Below are positions 37,536 to 50,639 of a stretch of 64,000 bases of DNA, piece by piece; within the stretch, counting starts at the first letter, position 1; every line of letters starts with the position of its first letter. The notes beneath the pieces were generated by a model, which worked only from the letters and a program-made list of their open reading frames with translations, made no database searches and had not been told where the DNA came from. The stretch comes from Epiperipatus broadwayi (Eukaryota; Animalia; Onychophora): the NCBI GenBank assembly GCA_028023455.1, contig JAQFVV010000010.1, positions 9,486,001 through 9,550,000 of the forward strand, written 5' to 3'. The translations under genes were made by a program, and so were the position numbers.

Positions 37536-39288
37536 ACTAGCCAACTATTCCCTTCCTCCTGTTTTCTCTATGTATGTAACCTTATTATCTCCTTTTACTT
37601 ACAATGTAAATGTAATATATATGCAGAGTGACTCAGAAGAATAAATGTAATTTTTTCTTTTATCAATAATAAGTTGTTGTTTTTTTAAACTAATAATAAA
37701 GATTTAGTGTTAAAGATTAAAATTTTAAGAATCTTATTTATTATGTGTAAGTATTTTAGGTTTGATTTATGTAATATAAATCTTAGATTGCATATGCTAA
37801 CCAAATATCATTATTATTAGGCATTTATTTTATTTACAAATACAGTTATATTTTAAGTTCATCATAACCCTGAGATATCATTATTATTTATTAATACCCA
37901 TTTACAGTGTTTCTTGGATATTGTAAATATTTTGTATATCAAAGTCTCATTACATTGACTATCAGCATAGTAAAAGTTAAGCTAACATTACGTTTGTCAC
38001 TATTTGGTTAACCTTATTTATTTATTTTCTTCATTATAATATATATATTATTTAAATAATAACTATAAAAATAATAACTATATTTTAATTTCTTTTTGAG
38101 AGATGTGTCAAAATATTAAGATTAATGTTATTTTTTAAATTTTTGTTTATCTAATGGTATTAGATATTGTTCTTTTTGTAATGCAAAATTTGATTAAAAA
38201 TTATAAATCATTCAGAATACTATAAATTCTTCTACTGGATTTTCTATAATTTTCAATATATTTTCCACTATTCTCTCCAATACTTCATTCTAGACTGGAT
38301 TTTTGATTTTGATAGTCATAGTGCCCGCTTGACTCTTTTCTTTCGACATAACTTTTTTATTAGTAGCATAAAACAATGGTTTGATATGAAATTGTTTGAT
38401 ACTTGAATGTCTTTAGAAAAAATTAACTTTATTTAAATATTCCAAATACATTCAACTGTTAGTAATAGTACACAGGTTAGTATGTCATGTGATCTTTCAC
38501 CCTAATGTTTCTAACAAAATTTTGCATATTCTCATTATTTCATATCTGTGCATGAACTATCATCACGATTCATTTCAAAATTTCATGAATAATGACTTGG
38601 GATAACATTATTTTTTTGGTCCTAAGGAAGTATATTAAGCAGTTACAGGTTAAATACATTTATCAGTGAAGCAATCAACTACCAGACATTCTGGATAGTA
38701 CGACTTGAAATATCTGACTTGCAGACATTGGCAAAAATTATTACATAGGAAATAATGTGTGTGGGTTTTTGTAGTTCAAATATGCATCAAAACTTAGAAT
38801 TATTTATTTTTTTTAACTACTATTATGGATTACAGTTTTTTTTAGTTCAAAGACTATTGACCTAGTTTTTAATGGGCTGGAAAATATTTATTTGACAAAT
38901 TTCATAATATGTCAATGATTTTTCTATTTATTATATGACTTATAATGTAGGCTCTGCACATTGAGTGACAGGAATCTTGTATTTTGTCATTGTACGGACT
39001 TTTTTGATTTTAAACTATAGTAAATAAATTTTTTGCTAGAAATAAAAATATAAAATGAAAGGAACCACCAACATTGACTTTATCAGTAAATAGATATTTA
39101 AGTGGCTTAATCAGTTTTTGGAACAAGTAAATAATTAAAAAAAACAGAGATGTCTGTGGAGATCCAATCATAACTAAAAACTTCTCACCATTATGAGTTC
39201 AACTGTCTAAGTTGATTGGCTGCAATTTCCTTTCAAACATAAAAAGTCTGACTTTTCAGCTTACTTATTGCTGTTTCATCAACATATT

Positions 39289-40156
39289 GATGTGATGTGA
39301 TGCACTGTGACTTCTCCTTAAATGAAGTCAGGAATCTCTCAGCACCTATGCCCAGAGAAACCTGTTAGCCACTTTACCTTCCCTTTCCATTCCCCACCGT
39401 AAGTTTTCCCATAATCTTCTCCATCCCATTTCCACAACATAATCCTTGTCAACTTTATGGCATTTATATCTAAATCCCTCTTGTCTTTCCCAAAACCAGC
39501 ATAAAAACTAATAACCTACTTTCTGTATAATCACTTTGTTCATATTTATTCTTCTAACTTCATTATTTGTACCCTTTCTGCTTTCAAGCATTTACATTCA
39601 ATTAACAGATGCTTAATATTTGGTATGCCTTCCTTACACAATTTGCAGACTAAATCACCCATATTTTTCCATTTATGTGTATATTCTCTTGTTGCTAAAG
39701 ATCCCATTCGAGCTTAAACAATAAACTCCTTTCCTTGCTATTATCATAAATTAACTCGCACCCAATGTTCCATTTACTTCTATATACATTTAATTTTTTT
39801 TTACTCTCCATACTAGTACTCCATCTCTCCAGCTCCCTATTCTTTATTAATGCATCTATTCTTTTATCCCATTCCTTACCACTATAACACTCAACAATCC
39901 TCCTAACCCAATCATCCCACCTTTTGTACAAATATACCGATATAAATTTTTTATCCAAATCTTCTGCATACCACATTACCTTTTTCACCCATTTTGTTGC
40001 CTGCCCTTTACTCAAAACCCAATTAAATACTATTTTGGCTATTCTTTTATTATCCATAAACTGCAACCTACCAAACATTTTAATTTTACTTTTTGCATCT
40101 CTTATATAAAAACTTCATCACATTTTTCCTTGAATTGCCTCCTTTGCTGTCCATAT
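39289..40156 (-). mobile_element. Second copy of the (CATCA)n-tailed LINE 3' end
   Basis: Reverse-complement match to about 12050-12910 (ORF FGRLQFMDNKRIAKIVFNWVLSK..); GATGTGATGTGA tail. Confidence 0.9.
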
Positions 40157-40282
40157 TATTTTCTTCACTAAGCCATCTATTGTAAGCTTTACTAACTAAT
40201 AGATGTCAGATAATATTACAGGTGATAGCAAAAACTGATATTTGATTTTATTAAAGACAACTGTCTATATTACATTGTTTAT

Positions 40283-40597
40283 AAACATCACATGATCACC
40301 ATCTCATGCAAGCACATAACTGTTAGTAAACAGGCAAAAACTCTCCATATAGTAGTGCCACCTTGTGCTAACCAGAGTAATCAATAGATGCCAGAAGTCT
40401 TGTGCATAAAATCCCTATTTAGTGCCTAGTCATCCAATATTCCCACTGATGAAGGCCACAAGCCAGAAACTAGTCTGGGGATATTGGATGAGTAAGCACT
40501 AGATAGGGATTTTATGCACAAGCCTTCTGGCATCCATTGATTATTCTGGTTAGCACAAGGTGGCACTACTATATGGAGAGTTTTTGCCTGTTTACAG
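40283..40597. mobile_element. Hammerhead repeat family A, fold-back copy with the ribozyme core in the loop
   Basis: Arms about 40326-40445 and 40476-40595 are near-perfect inverted repeats. Confidence 0.9.
40431..40490 (+). ncRNA. Type I hammerhead ribozyme (family A), best-preserved copy
   Basis: CAUCCAAUAUUCCCA-CUGAUGA-A-GGC cacaa GCC-A-GAAA-CUAG-UC/UGGGGAUAUUGGAUG; predicted cleavage after C40475 (GUC); palindromic ACUAGU stem III typical of dimeric type I hammerheads. Confidence 0.75.
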
Positions 40598-43167
40598 TTG
40601 AATGTAAAAAAAAAAATCACTAATGTCATCAGAACTCAAGATTCTTTTTATAGTTTTAAAATTCATTATCAATTTAATTTCTAGATATTATTATTTTCAG
40701 CTTTCAAATTAAAAATAACATGATCATTAATAGTAAATCCTTAATAAAGTCTGATATTCACATTTAGAATTCATTTCCTTAATAATAACATTTTCAAAAA
40801 AACTATAAGAACTCTATCATTGAAATGTAATAAATTAAAGGAAATATTAATATGGCCTTACACTTGAAGAAAACATTGGGCATCTTAAATATAACCTTAA
40901 TGCATTTTCAATACTGTGCACCCTTGTCATAAGCAAACATTCTAGTATATAAATAGCCGTTGCTTTCCATCAGGGTGTTTAGCAAGAAGAATACATTAAG
41001 GTTGTAGTTAATATTTTAAATGTTTCCTCTGAGTGTGAAACAATATTAGTATTGCCTTTATTTTAATATCACTTTCAATAATTGCTAAAGAAATTTCCTT
41101 TTTACATTCTTTTTTTTCTTCTAAAACTACTAGGGCTCAACATACTTTCAAATAATAAATGTCCAGATTACAATTTTATCTTGATCAGATTCAGAATACA
41201 TCATTACACATCATTCAATAAATGTACAGATAAAATATGACTAATGGAGCAACAGGCCAATAAGTAAAATGCTCAGTGAATCAAATTGCTCCCATTAAAA
41301 AAGAGAACCTGGCTATAAATTGGCAGTCCATTTGGAAGTAAAGTCAGGCAACAATGGATTTTATGCTGATTGACTTATATTTGATCACAGAACCAGTGAT
41401 GTATATTCACAGTTGATCTGAAAGTTGCAAGACATTAAATCAGATGAGACAAGTTGCCATGGTATAGAGAGAAGTTCCATGATAGCTAAGCACAATGCAA
41501 GGTGCAACATTTCAGCTGGAAGTGTTAGGCACACCTACAAGGGAACCTGAAGTTCTAATACTTGTAAAGCAATTAGATATTGTAGTGGTTCATAATGCTA
41601 GGAAAACATCAGATGTTTATGTAAATATATATATAAGTTCTTAATAAAATATTTAAACATATTTCCAATCTGTGTTTATTACAATCACGTATAAACTTAG
41701 CAAAAACAAAACTGGTGAGAATTGATTCATGATTGACAGTGTTTTCACACTAGTTTTCTTTAAGTAATGTGTGATAGCAAAAAGTTTTACAAGGAAACTA
41801 CTTGAAATTAAAAAGTTTGTCTTACTAATGTAATAAAGTTCCCTTTTTTGTAGCGACTGTCTAATTCAAAATATTGATTTTTTGTGTGGTCATTTTTACA
41901 ATTAATAATTAAAATTATAGTTTATGAAATAGATTAGAGCTAAAATTAAAGCAAATTAAGCTGACAAGAATCCATATGCTTTAAGTGTAGTACGTTTTGG
42001 AATAAGTTTTTAAAATAATTACATATTTACATTATTCTGCATTTATATTTTGATTAATTTATTTTTAGCATGCGATTACAATTTGATTCGTAATTATTTA
42101 GTAAAAGACATCAAAATAAGGATTACAGACTATAATTATAAGCATATCGACATCTTTCGTTTTCCTTAGTTTATTTATAGATATTTTGAGTCAGTCATTT
42201 TTTTAAATGTTAAAAAAATAAGGATATAATACTCAATTTTGACAGAAAAATCCATCATTTATCTGCCACGACATATAACTATACGTAATAAAAATCTTTA
42301 TAATTGTAGGCATTTTGATAAGTCCAAGTTTAAAAAAAATATTTAAATAGTGAAGAATGGTGAAAATTGTAATATAAAGTGTTCGGTTTAATATTCAGAT
42401 TTGCTTTTACTTTAGAAAGTGTTTTTTAACACGAATGACTCAATGATTTGATAGAGGAAAAGTTTGCTAGTGAATAAATATTTCTATTTCATAATATGTA
42501 TATATTATTTTAGGATCAGTACTTCCCAAATTAATGTTATAATAAAACCTCTTTATTAATCTTTTAAAAGTAGCATATTCTATTATTAGGTTTCATTAAT
42601 TTAATAAAGAACTCGTACGATATTTAAAAACAAGTAAAAATAACAATTATATTGAAAAATTAAAAATTGAATAAAATTAATATAAAATTTAGTTAACACA
42701 GTAATTAAATAAGAACTGCAAAGCAAAAACGCCCTATTCATAGAAAAAAAGTAAGTAGTCAAATGGTTTATTATTGCTCAGAGTTCATAAGTTTGAGCGA
42801 TAAATGTGTTAAACCTTGGCTGTGATCATGCGCTTTGAGCTCCTAAATCTGCTATACCTAACTAGACAGGGAAAAAGCAGCAGCATTTATTAAATTTGCT
42901 AATTGTTAGGAGACTACATGAACAAAAGCTCAAATCTGTTAAACATTTTAAAATTTGCTTGGCCCATATTTAAATTCAGGTTTTATAAATAATATAAGTA
43001 ATGCAAAAATATAAGAAAAATATATAATGGATTTTCATTTTTTTATGCTGAATTTTATTTTCTTTTAGCTTATTTAAAATTTTTTATTTACACAAATATT
43101 TAAGTGCAATTAGTATCAACATTTGAACTGCCCATTCACTTTTTATATAAGCCCAGCCACAGCTGAT

Positions 43168-43258
43168 GTAAGCAACCGCCTTGCAAGCAAGCAGTTGGTT
43201 GCAGACGGTTGTTGCGGGTTCATCCTCCTGGCGGATGCTATGACATATGAAAAAAAAA
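43168..43258 (+). mobile_element. tRNA-Gly-derived SINE (second subfamily), 5'-truncated
   Basis: Matches 27205-27272; poly-A tail. Confidence 0.8.
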
Positions 43259-43624
43259 TGCATAAAATCTAATTGTTTTTTAAAATGAACTTTGTACCCA
43301 ATATTGTTTTTGTCATTTATAATTGTAATATAGTGACTAATGGTTAAGTATAAATAAACAATGATTTAAGATTTGTAACAATGACATTTTATTTGTATGC
43401 TGGACTATTTCCATCATTCAGATGATTTATTAAATGCTTTTTAAAGAAAAATTCAAACTTTATTTGTACCTTTCTAAACACATTTAGCTATTATTAATAA
43501 CATAAGTGTTAATATGAAATATAATGTTTTGAATCTTATTATTCTCCTCTCTTTCTCAGTTGTTGTTAGCATAAGCAGTGAGAGACAGTGAAATAATTAA
43601 ATAATGAACTTTAGAGTTTTAAAT

Positions 43625-43790
43625 ATGTGATCTGATGCACTGTGGCTTCTCCTTTATTGGAGTCAGGAATATCTCAGCCATTATGCCCAGAGAAACCTGT
43701 TAGCCACCTTTCCTTTCCCCACCCTAAGTTTTTCTCATACTTTTCTCGATCCTGCTCTATCCTATTTCCCCAACATAATCGTTGTCAATA
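43625..43790 (-). mobile_element. Short 3' fragment of the (CATCA)n-tailed LINE
   Basis: GGCTTCTCCTT...CCCAGAGAAACCTGTTAGCCAC matches 13290-13370 in reverse complement. Confidence 0.85.
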
Positions 43791-44478
43791 GCAAACTCTC
43801 CATACAGTAATGCCATCTAGTGCAAACCTTATTAATCAATGGATGTAGGAAGATTTGTACATAAACCTCCATCTAATGTTTATCATCAAATATACCCAGA
43901 GTAGTTTCTAGCTTGTGGCTTCTATCACTGAGAAGCTTTGGATCTGCGAGTACTGTACCTAGATCTAAGGATCTAATGCAACCTTCCAGCAGTCATTCTT
44001 TTATTTATTTAGTTAACTATAAAGCTAGGAGCTCAAGATGAAAACACCTTAATATTTTCAACCCAAGATCATTCACTTGTATAGTCATATAGATCTGAAA
44101 CCAGTTCAGCATCTATACATTTTGGTGTACTTGGTTTATCAAAAACCAGTTACCATCATCCCATAGGAAGGAATGTTCTAAAACCAACAAAGCATCACAT
44201 GACATCATTTCCCATGCTTACACAAGCTGTTATTAACAGTAACAAACTCTCCATAAAGTAGTGCAGTAATCTCAGATCCAAAGCTTCTCACTCATGAAAA
44301 CCACAAACTAGAAACTAGTCTGGAAGTATGAGATGAGTATCCACTATGTGGGAATTTTATACACAAATATTTACTCAAACATTGATTTCTAAGGTTTGCT
44401 ACTGGGTGGCACTAATGTATGGAGAGTTTGTTGCTGTTAATAACAGCTTGCGTAAGCATAGGAAATGGTAATCATGTT
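43791..44478. mobile_element. Hammerhead repeat family A: full monomer plus inverted partial monomer
   Basis: Antisense monomer about 43791-44262, then a sense segment with a degenerate core at about 44290-44325. Confidence 0.88.
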
Positions 44479-44649
44479 TTGTTGTACATTTTTAAATACT
44501 GAATTTAGGATGAAGCTCTAATAAATGAGATTATTTTATTAAAGACTGCAATAAGTAAAAAGTTCATATACTTATCTATGAGAATGCATCTAATTTCTAC
44601 ATTTTTTTATTTTAAGAGAAAGAGTGATAACATGATTTATAAACATCAT

Positions 44650-46300
44650 GGACTAGCATCTAGTTTTGTTTTACTTTTTGGTAGTTGTGGAGATAGTGTA
44701 CTGCCACTGCTGGAGATGTCATTTCTGCTTAAACACGCAGAAATATCCACAGTAGGGCCCAAAAGCAGCAATGCTTATTCCAGACACTAGGTGGCGCTGT
44801 TCACTATCCTCACAACTACCTACTTTTCTTCTTTATGTCAATCATTTGTTGGTTTTCTCAATAAAATTTATGTTTATTGGTACATACATGTTCTGCTACA
44901 TTACATATAGTGATCTTCATTGTTTTCCGATAGGGTGGCTGGTTTTAGTGATATATGTTCTTCCATACTCAGTGGTATTTTATTGATGCAGCTTTTTATT
45001 TATCAATATTTGTCAATATTAGGATGCTGCACAGGTTGCTATGGCATTAAAAGCTTTTATGATATTATAATGACTACAGTTTGTCTTCCATTTTTGGAAT
45101 ATATAGCTACACTATAGTACCTATCATTGTTTTTTGTTTTGTTTTGATGTTTTTATGATCAACTTAAGTTTTTCTAAGTGGCTGATAGTTAACTATTCTT
45201 TATGAGTTTGTTCCATGTTGGTATTTTCTTTTTTCAAGTTACTTGCTTCTAGATGAACTTATTTTATCCATAATAATGTAATTTCATTTTTTGATATATA
45301 TCATGCCTGATTATTTATATGGCAGCATTTTCTTAATGTGCGTTTTTTTTCTGTAAACAGTAGTTTTGTTTTTGCCACGAGATAGTCTTATCATTAAAAT
45401 ATCTAAGAATTCTAATATTTGTTTCTGTTCTAATTCTATTGTAAATTTAATTGAAGATGATGTATTAGTGATGTTTGTTTGCATTGTTGGAAATAATGAT
45501 TCACCATGTGATCATACAAAAATTGTATCATCAACATAGTAAAACCATACTTTTGGTCAAGATGGAGTAGTATTTATGATTGAAGTTTGACGATCTTTCA
45601 ATATTTGTAAACAGAAATGAAAACATGAATCTGTAGGCATATAATGATTTTAGTGGAAAACATTTTGTAGCGCACTGAATGTATATTGTATTGTGAAGAA
45701 AGCTAACAGTTCCAATAAGAAGAGAGTTCTAATTTGTAGGATGTTATCTTCACTTGACCTTTTTTTTATAATAGGTAATGCTTTATCATTGGATACATTT
45801 GTAAAAAAAAACTTTCCGCATCAAATCTTGGTAAAATATAAGTTCTTTCTATTTTCATGCTGATTATCTTCATAAAATTCTTAGCATCCCTGTCAAAGAA
45901 CTGTGTTTTATCTGTCAAAGACTAAGAATCATAAGAAAAAGCATGAGAAATTTTGACATGACAAATTTTTAGAACTAAAACAGGTCTTCACAATACTTTT
46001 TATCAAAATCAGTGAAACATCTGTCTGATTTTTGAGTAATTCTTGTAGCATTTTTTCTGCAGTTGATTTAGGATTTGTTGAACTTTTATATTGATCAGCT
46101 ATGAAGAGTTCTTCTATTCAGTTACCATAATCAATATTGACCATTTCAATTGTAGAATTGTTTTTGTTAGCTAGAATAATTATAGATTTACCTAATTTGC
46201 TTCTCTCTTAACATAGTTACTGAATGATTTAAGTTGTTAGTTTGTCTCATTCATTCTTTTTATTCTTTAATGTATTTCTTCTGGTTCTTTTAAAGAGAAT
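44650..46300 (-). mobile_element. Decayed Penelope-like element (RT plus GIY-YIG endonuclease)
   Basis: FYYVDDTIFV (45527-45538 = YVDD), IKFTIELEQKQILEFLDILM, TVYRKKTH; GIY-YIG-like NKIP...GRTYI..T and VAEHVCTNKHKF at about 44860-45000. Confidence 0.88.
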
Positions 46301-47653
46301 TTTTAGGTGACTTAGTCAGTTTTTGGAATTATATATACTAATGTGATATTAGATGCTATAATTAAAATAATGCAAAAGAATAATTAAAGATAAAAAGAAA
46401 GATGTATCTAAAGAAGCAGATCATGCAAAAAAACAAAAATAATGGGCATAGAGGGAAAAATAAAATAAGAAAAATTTACAGGCGCTTGTGTGAGAGTGGC
46501 AAATAATTCTATATGTTAATTTACTGTGATAATCCAGTGTTACAAAACCACTCATTATATTTACCTTTAAGAATTAAAAAAATGGAGATTTATGAGGTCT
46601 TTCATAAAATTATAGCCTGATTGATTGGAGCATCACTATAAATTCAGTATTTCTAAATCTAAAGATCACTGAGTCAATTCAGATGTTAGACTAGCAACAC
46701 TTGAAGAAGACAAGAACAGTACTATTGAAAATGTATTAAATAATACCTTGCGTATTATTATTAATTAGTTAAATGAATTTGGAAAGTAACAATTCAACTA
46801 CATGATGTAAATAATCCATTACATAAGGGTACATATTAAAATGACATTATCACGTAAAATGACATTATGACATACCTTTAAATGATCATTAAATATTTTG
46901 TATGAACCCAGTACTATATCAAACTTTAGACATTATGAAAATTATATCTAAAACTTGCCAAAGTAGAAAAGCAATTTTTTCATAAATATAAATCAGAATG
47001 AAATTCATGCAATTAAAAAAATCTTTAGTTTAGAACACAAGAGATTAAAAATAATTTTCTAAAGTATATGAAAAAATAAAGGAGCATCAAAAAAGGAAAT
47101 GAGCTTATCAAGCCTCATACTGCAATAAATAATGAAGAAATTACATAAGTTAAAGTTTTAGTTCCAAACATAAACTTCTGTAAACAAAAGGTGTAACTTA
47201 TTTGTACTTATGATATAAATATATGATTAATCCTAGATAAATCATTTCTGCCATAACTTTTTGTTATCAGTTTCCTGTTTTTGTAAACAGGGTTAGTTCT
47301 AAGCCCTGAAGTTATTAATCTTGAATACCTTAATAAATTTTGTTGTTTTTAATTTTGGAGAAACATATTTGTAAACAAAACAAACATGCACCTGGTTAAT
47401 TTCTTATTTTTTGGGTTTTGATAAACAATTATGAAAATATCTAAGATAGTTTTAGATCTGTTTCAGTTTGTTAAGAGACTATTAGTTGAGTTTTGTTTGA
47501 AGAAAAAAGAGAAGACAAAAGTCATTATGCAGCAGACTGAAAAGAACAATATCCATAGTTTAGGTATGATGTTAATATGTGTTTTAAACTTACATTTGAC
47601 TGAAAAAACGTTTTTGAATCGGTTTGTCTCCGTAGTTTAGCATTATATTTTAG

Positions 47654-47892
47654 ACCACTAAACATCACATGATAACTATCTCATACTAGCACATAATTAT
47701 CCTAAGATCTAGGTGCAGTAATCTCAGATACAAGGCTCCTCAGTGATGAAGGCCACAAGCCAGAAACTAGTCTGGGGATATTGGATGAGTAGGCACTAGA
47801 TAGGGATTTTATGCACAAGTCTTCTGGCATCCATTGATTGCTCTTGTTAGCACAAGATGGCACTACTATATGGAGAGTTTTGCTTTGTTTTG
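47654..47892. mobile_element. Hammerhead repeat family A, partial copy with a short inverted arm
   Basis: CTCA-GTGATGA-AGGCCACAAGCC-AGAAACTAGTC-TGGGGA (core C3 to G); 47654-47700 is antisense to the downstream part of the monomer. Confidence 0.88.
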
Positions 47893-48099
47893 AATTGTTC
47901 ATTATATTTTAGACAGGACAGCAATATATATGTATTTTAAACTTGCATTTGACTGAAAAAAACTGTTTTGAAACAGTTTGTGAGAATTGCCTTCTCTGCA
48001 TTGCTACATATCATCTTTTCTTAGCATCCCACTTGTTCTGTATAAAATGTAATTGAAACTATCATTTAAATAGACTCGTCATGCACATATTTAGTACAA

Positions 48100-49060
48100 A
48101 AATAAATATAATGGGTCAAAAATTGCTGTTTCCTAAGTGAAAGTTTGTATAGTGAATGCTACTCTTACGGAATACTTCTTAATGTGACCTATGATAAATT
48201 TATGTCTAAAATAAAATCATACATCTGGGGCTCATCTTTTATCCATCAGAATGGCATGCTTTTCTATATGAACAGGAGGGCTGACTTTGATATACCACAA
48301 ATCTTTTATAACTTACATCAGGGACAAAATGTATATTGTGACACCTAATAATCTAACACATAGTGACAACCCTCTTCCAATATCATTGCTTGTTTCAATT
48401 TCATATGTTAAACAGTTATTTTTGACAGATCATGACATTAAGCATGAGATCAGTATAACATCAAATCTCTCATTGGCATATCATTTAAAGATTAACTTAT
48501 CTATGTAGACATCTATCGACAACCCTAACAGTTGCTAAAACTCTAACCAAGTTTCAAGACTTTATATTTCTCAATCAAGATTAAACTTTCTTTTTAATTT
48601 ATTACAGGGTACAATTCTAACCAAAATATTTCTTAATGACTAATTTTAAGTTAAATCTTGACCTACATGTGTTTTGTACATTAAATATCTGGAAGAAATG
48701 CTACATCATTTTTAAACCTGCCCATACTTCTCATCTCTATACTTATTTATGTTTGATAAGTTTACAATAAACCTCAAGCAATTGCTAAAAAAAATAGAAA
48801 ATATTTTCAGACCTACAATCAGCAGTAATTATTCACTCTAAGGATTATATGGCTTGCATGCTTGACAATAAAAATACAATGCACTAAAAAAATAACAAGG
48901 AATGATTTAACTCATACCTTTACTCTCAAAGTTTTACCCAGGAACATTATGACCAACATTTGGCAATCAACAACTGACTTCAGTTTTGCTCTCTCATAGC
49001 TTAAATCTTTATTTCCATTAATACTCGCCATCAGATTTCACTCTTTGGCAAACAAATATC
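48100..49060 (+). mobile_element. Probable old L1-like LINE fragment (post-RT region)
   Basis: KIKSYIWG...RRADFDIPQI resembles the FIW...GGL.IP motif of L1-clade ORF2; otherwise heavily decayed. Confidence 0.4.
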
Positions 49061-49767
49061 TGGATTCAACTTATCATGATTATGTAATATTAGAACATAT
49101 CAATCTTCAATTTTGGATCACCTTTTATTGCAGTTAAACAACTTATTATATTACCTGTTACCATTATGGTTTCAGTTTCACCATACTTTTTCCTATATAA
49201 CATAAATTTACTCTATTGTAAATATGTGTACATTGTTTGTTATCAATAGTTTCTTTTTAATTAAAAAAAAATGAGTTATTTATTTTCAGCTTACTTAAAG
49301 TGAAAACTTCAACAAAATTTCTATAAAAGATCTTTAGACCAAAAAACAACAACAACAACTTATGCATCAGTTTACTAAGAAAGTTAACCGATATTCAATC
49401 ATTGTGAGCACACTTACAATTATCTATTCACTGCAAGACCGCAGCAAGAAATATTACAAATGAACATACTACTCTCAAAAATCGGACTGAGAGTATAAGT
49501 TATGAAGTAATTACTGAATATTAATCTTCCGTCAAATAATAAATTTTATCCAAATTAAAAATTTGTGTCATTTTCTTTAAACGTTTGCTAAAATAGTTCT
49601 GAGGTAAATGTTTATTTATTCGGACGATAAATATTACGTCAGTATATCATTATAGTTATTGGTACATTTACTTTTGCCACTATTAAAAGTTTTAAAAAGT
49701 GTAAAATTTAAGCTAATTATATTACAATTATAATTATAAATTTTATTTAACACACATTGATTATGTA

Positions 49768-49912
49768 AGTAATATTTACTAAGACAATAAACCTCAAGAG
49801 TATGAGCTTGAAAATGCGAAGCGTAAGCTTGTGGTTAAGACCTGTAGAGGTCGCTACCATCGCATTTTCAAGCGCACACTCTTGAAGTTTATTGCCTTAG
49901 TAAATATATTAC
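49768..49912. repeat. Palindromic MITE-like element, about 50-bp inverted arms
   Basis: 49769-49819 versus 49860-49912 are inverted; internal GACCT-GTAG-AGGTC hairpin. Confidence 0.8.
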
Positions 49913-50639
49913 AATTAGTATTTGGATCACAAAATGATCTGTGCTAATTCTTATTTCAAAATTATATTATTGGTTAAATAATTTAATATTATTTTAATTC
50001 ATGCATTTCTTTTTGTTTTTCGTATTCCAAAATTTTGATTACTCTTTTTTTCTATGCCAATTTTGATTACTCTTATAAGTAATATGGTTCCATGTTTCAA
50101 CATTGAAGTAAACTGGAATATTGTAAGAGATATAAGAATTTGTGCATAATTAATTGCCTTCATATGTCAACAGTTATCAATATACTCTATAGAACAGATT
50201 ATATTAATTCTGTTTTATAAAATTAAGATGACATAATATTTATAAAGTGTAACTTTGCTATTAGTTCCACTGCATTTAAAACTGTCAAATGGCTATTTCC
50301 ATTGTATAAAATTGGTTCCTAATATGAAGCAACAATTTAACCATCGCAAACCACTTAGAAAACATATTAATACTATATATATATATAACAAAATATATAA
50401 ACTATAGTATTAAATGTAAAATTAGTAAGTGGTTTTTCATGAAAGCATCTTTATCAGAGATAGGCATAACTATATCAAAAGTCTGGTTTAGCAATTTTAA
50501 ATTTTAATGCCCTATTAATTACCAATAGAACATATACTTCTAAAGAATACAAATATAATAGTATCAAATATCTTATTGTAGATACAAGTTGTTGCAATAA
50601 AGACTGATTTTTATGCCTACATATGTATACATTTTTGAC

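Noticed and set aside
41222-41707. Possible solo LTR (TG...CA with AATAAA)
   Set aside because: No TSD or second copy in the window; cannot be supported.
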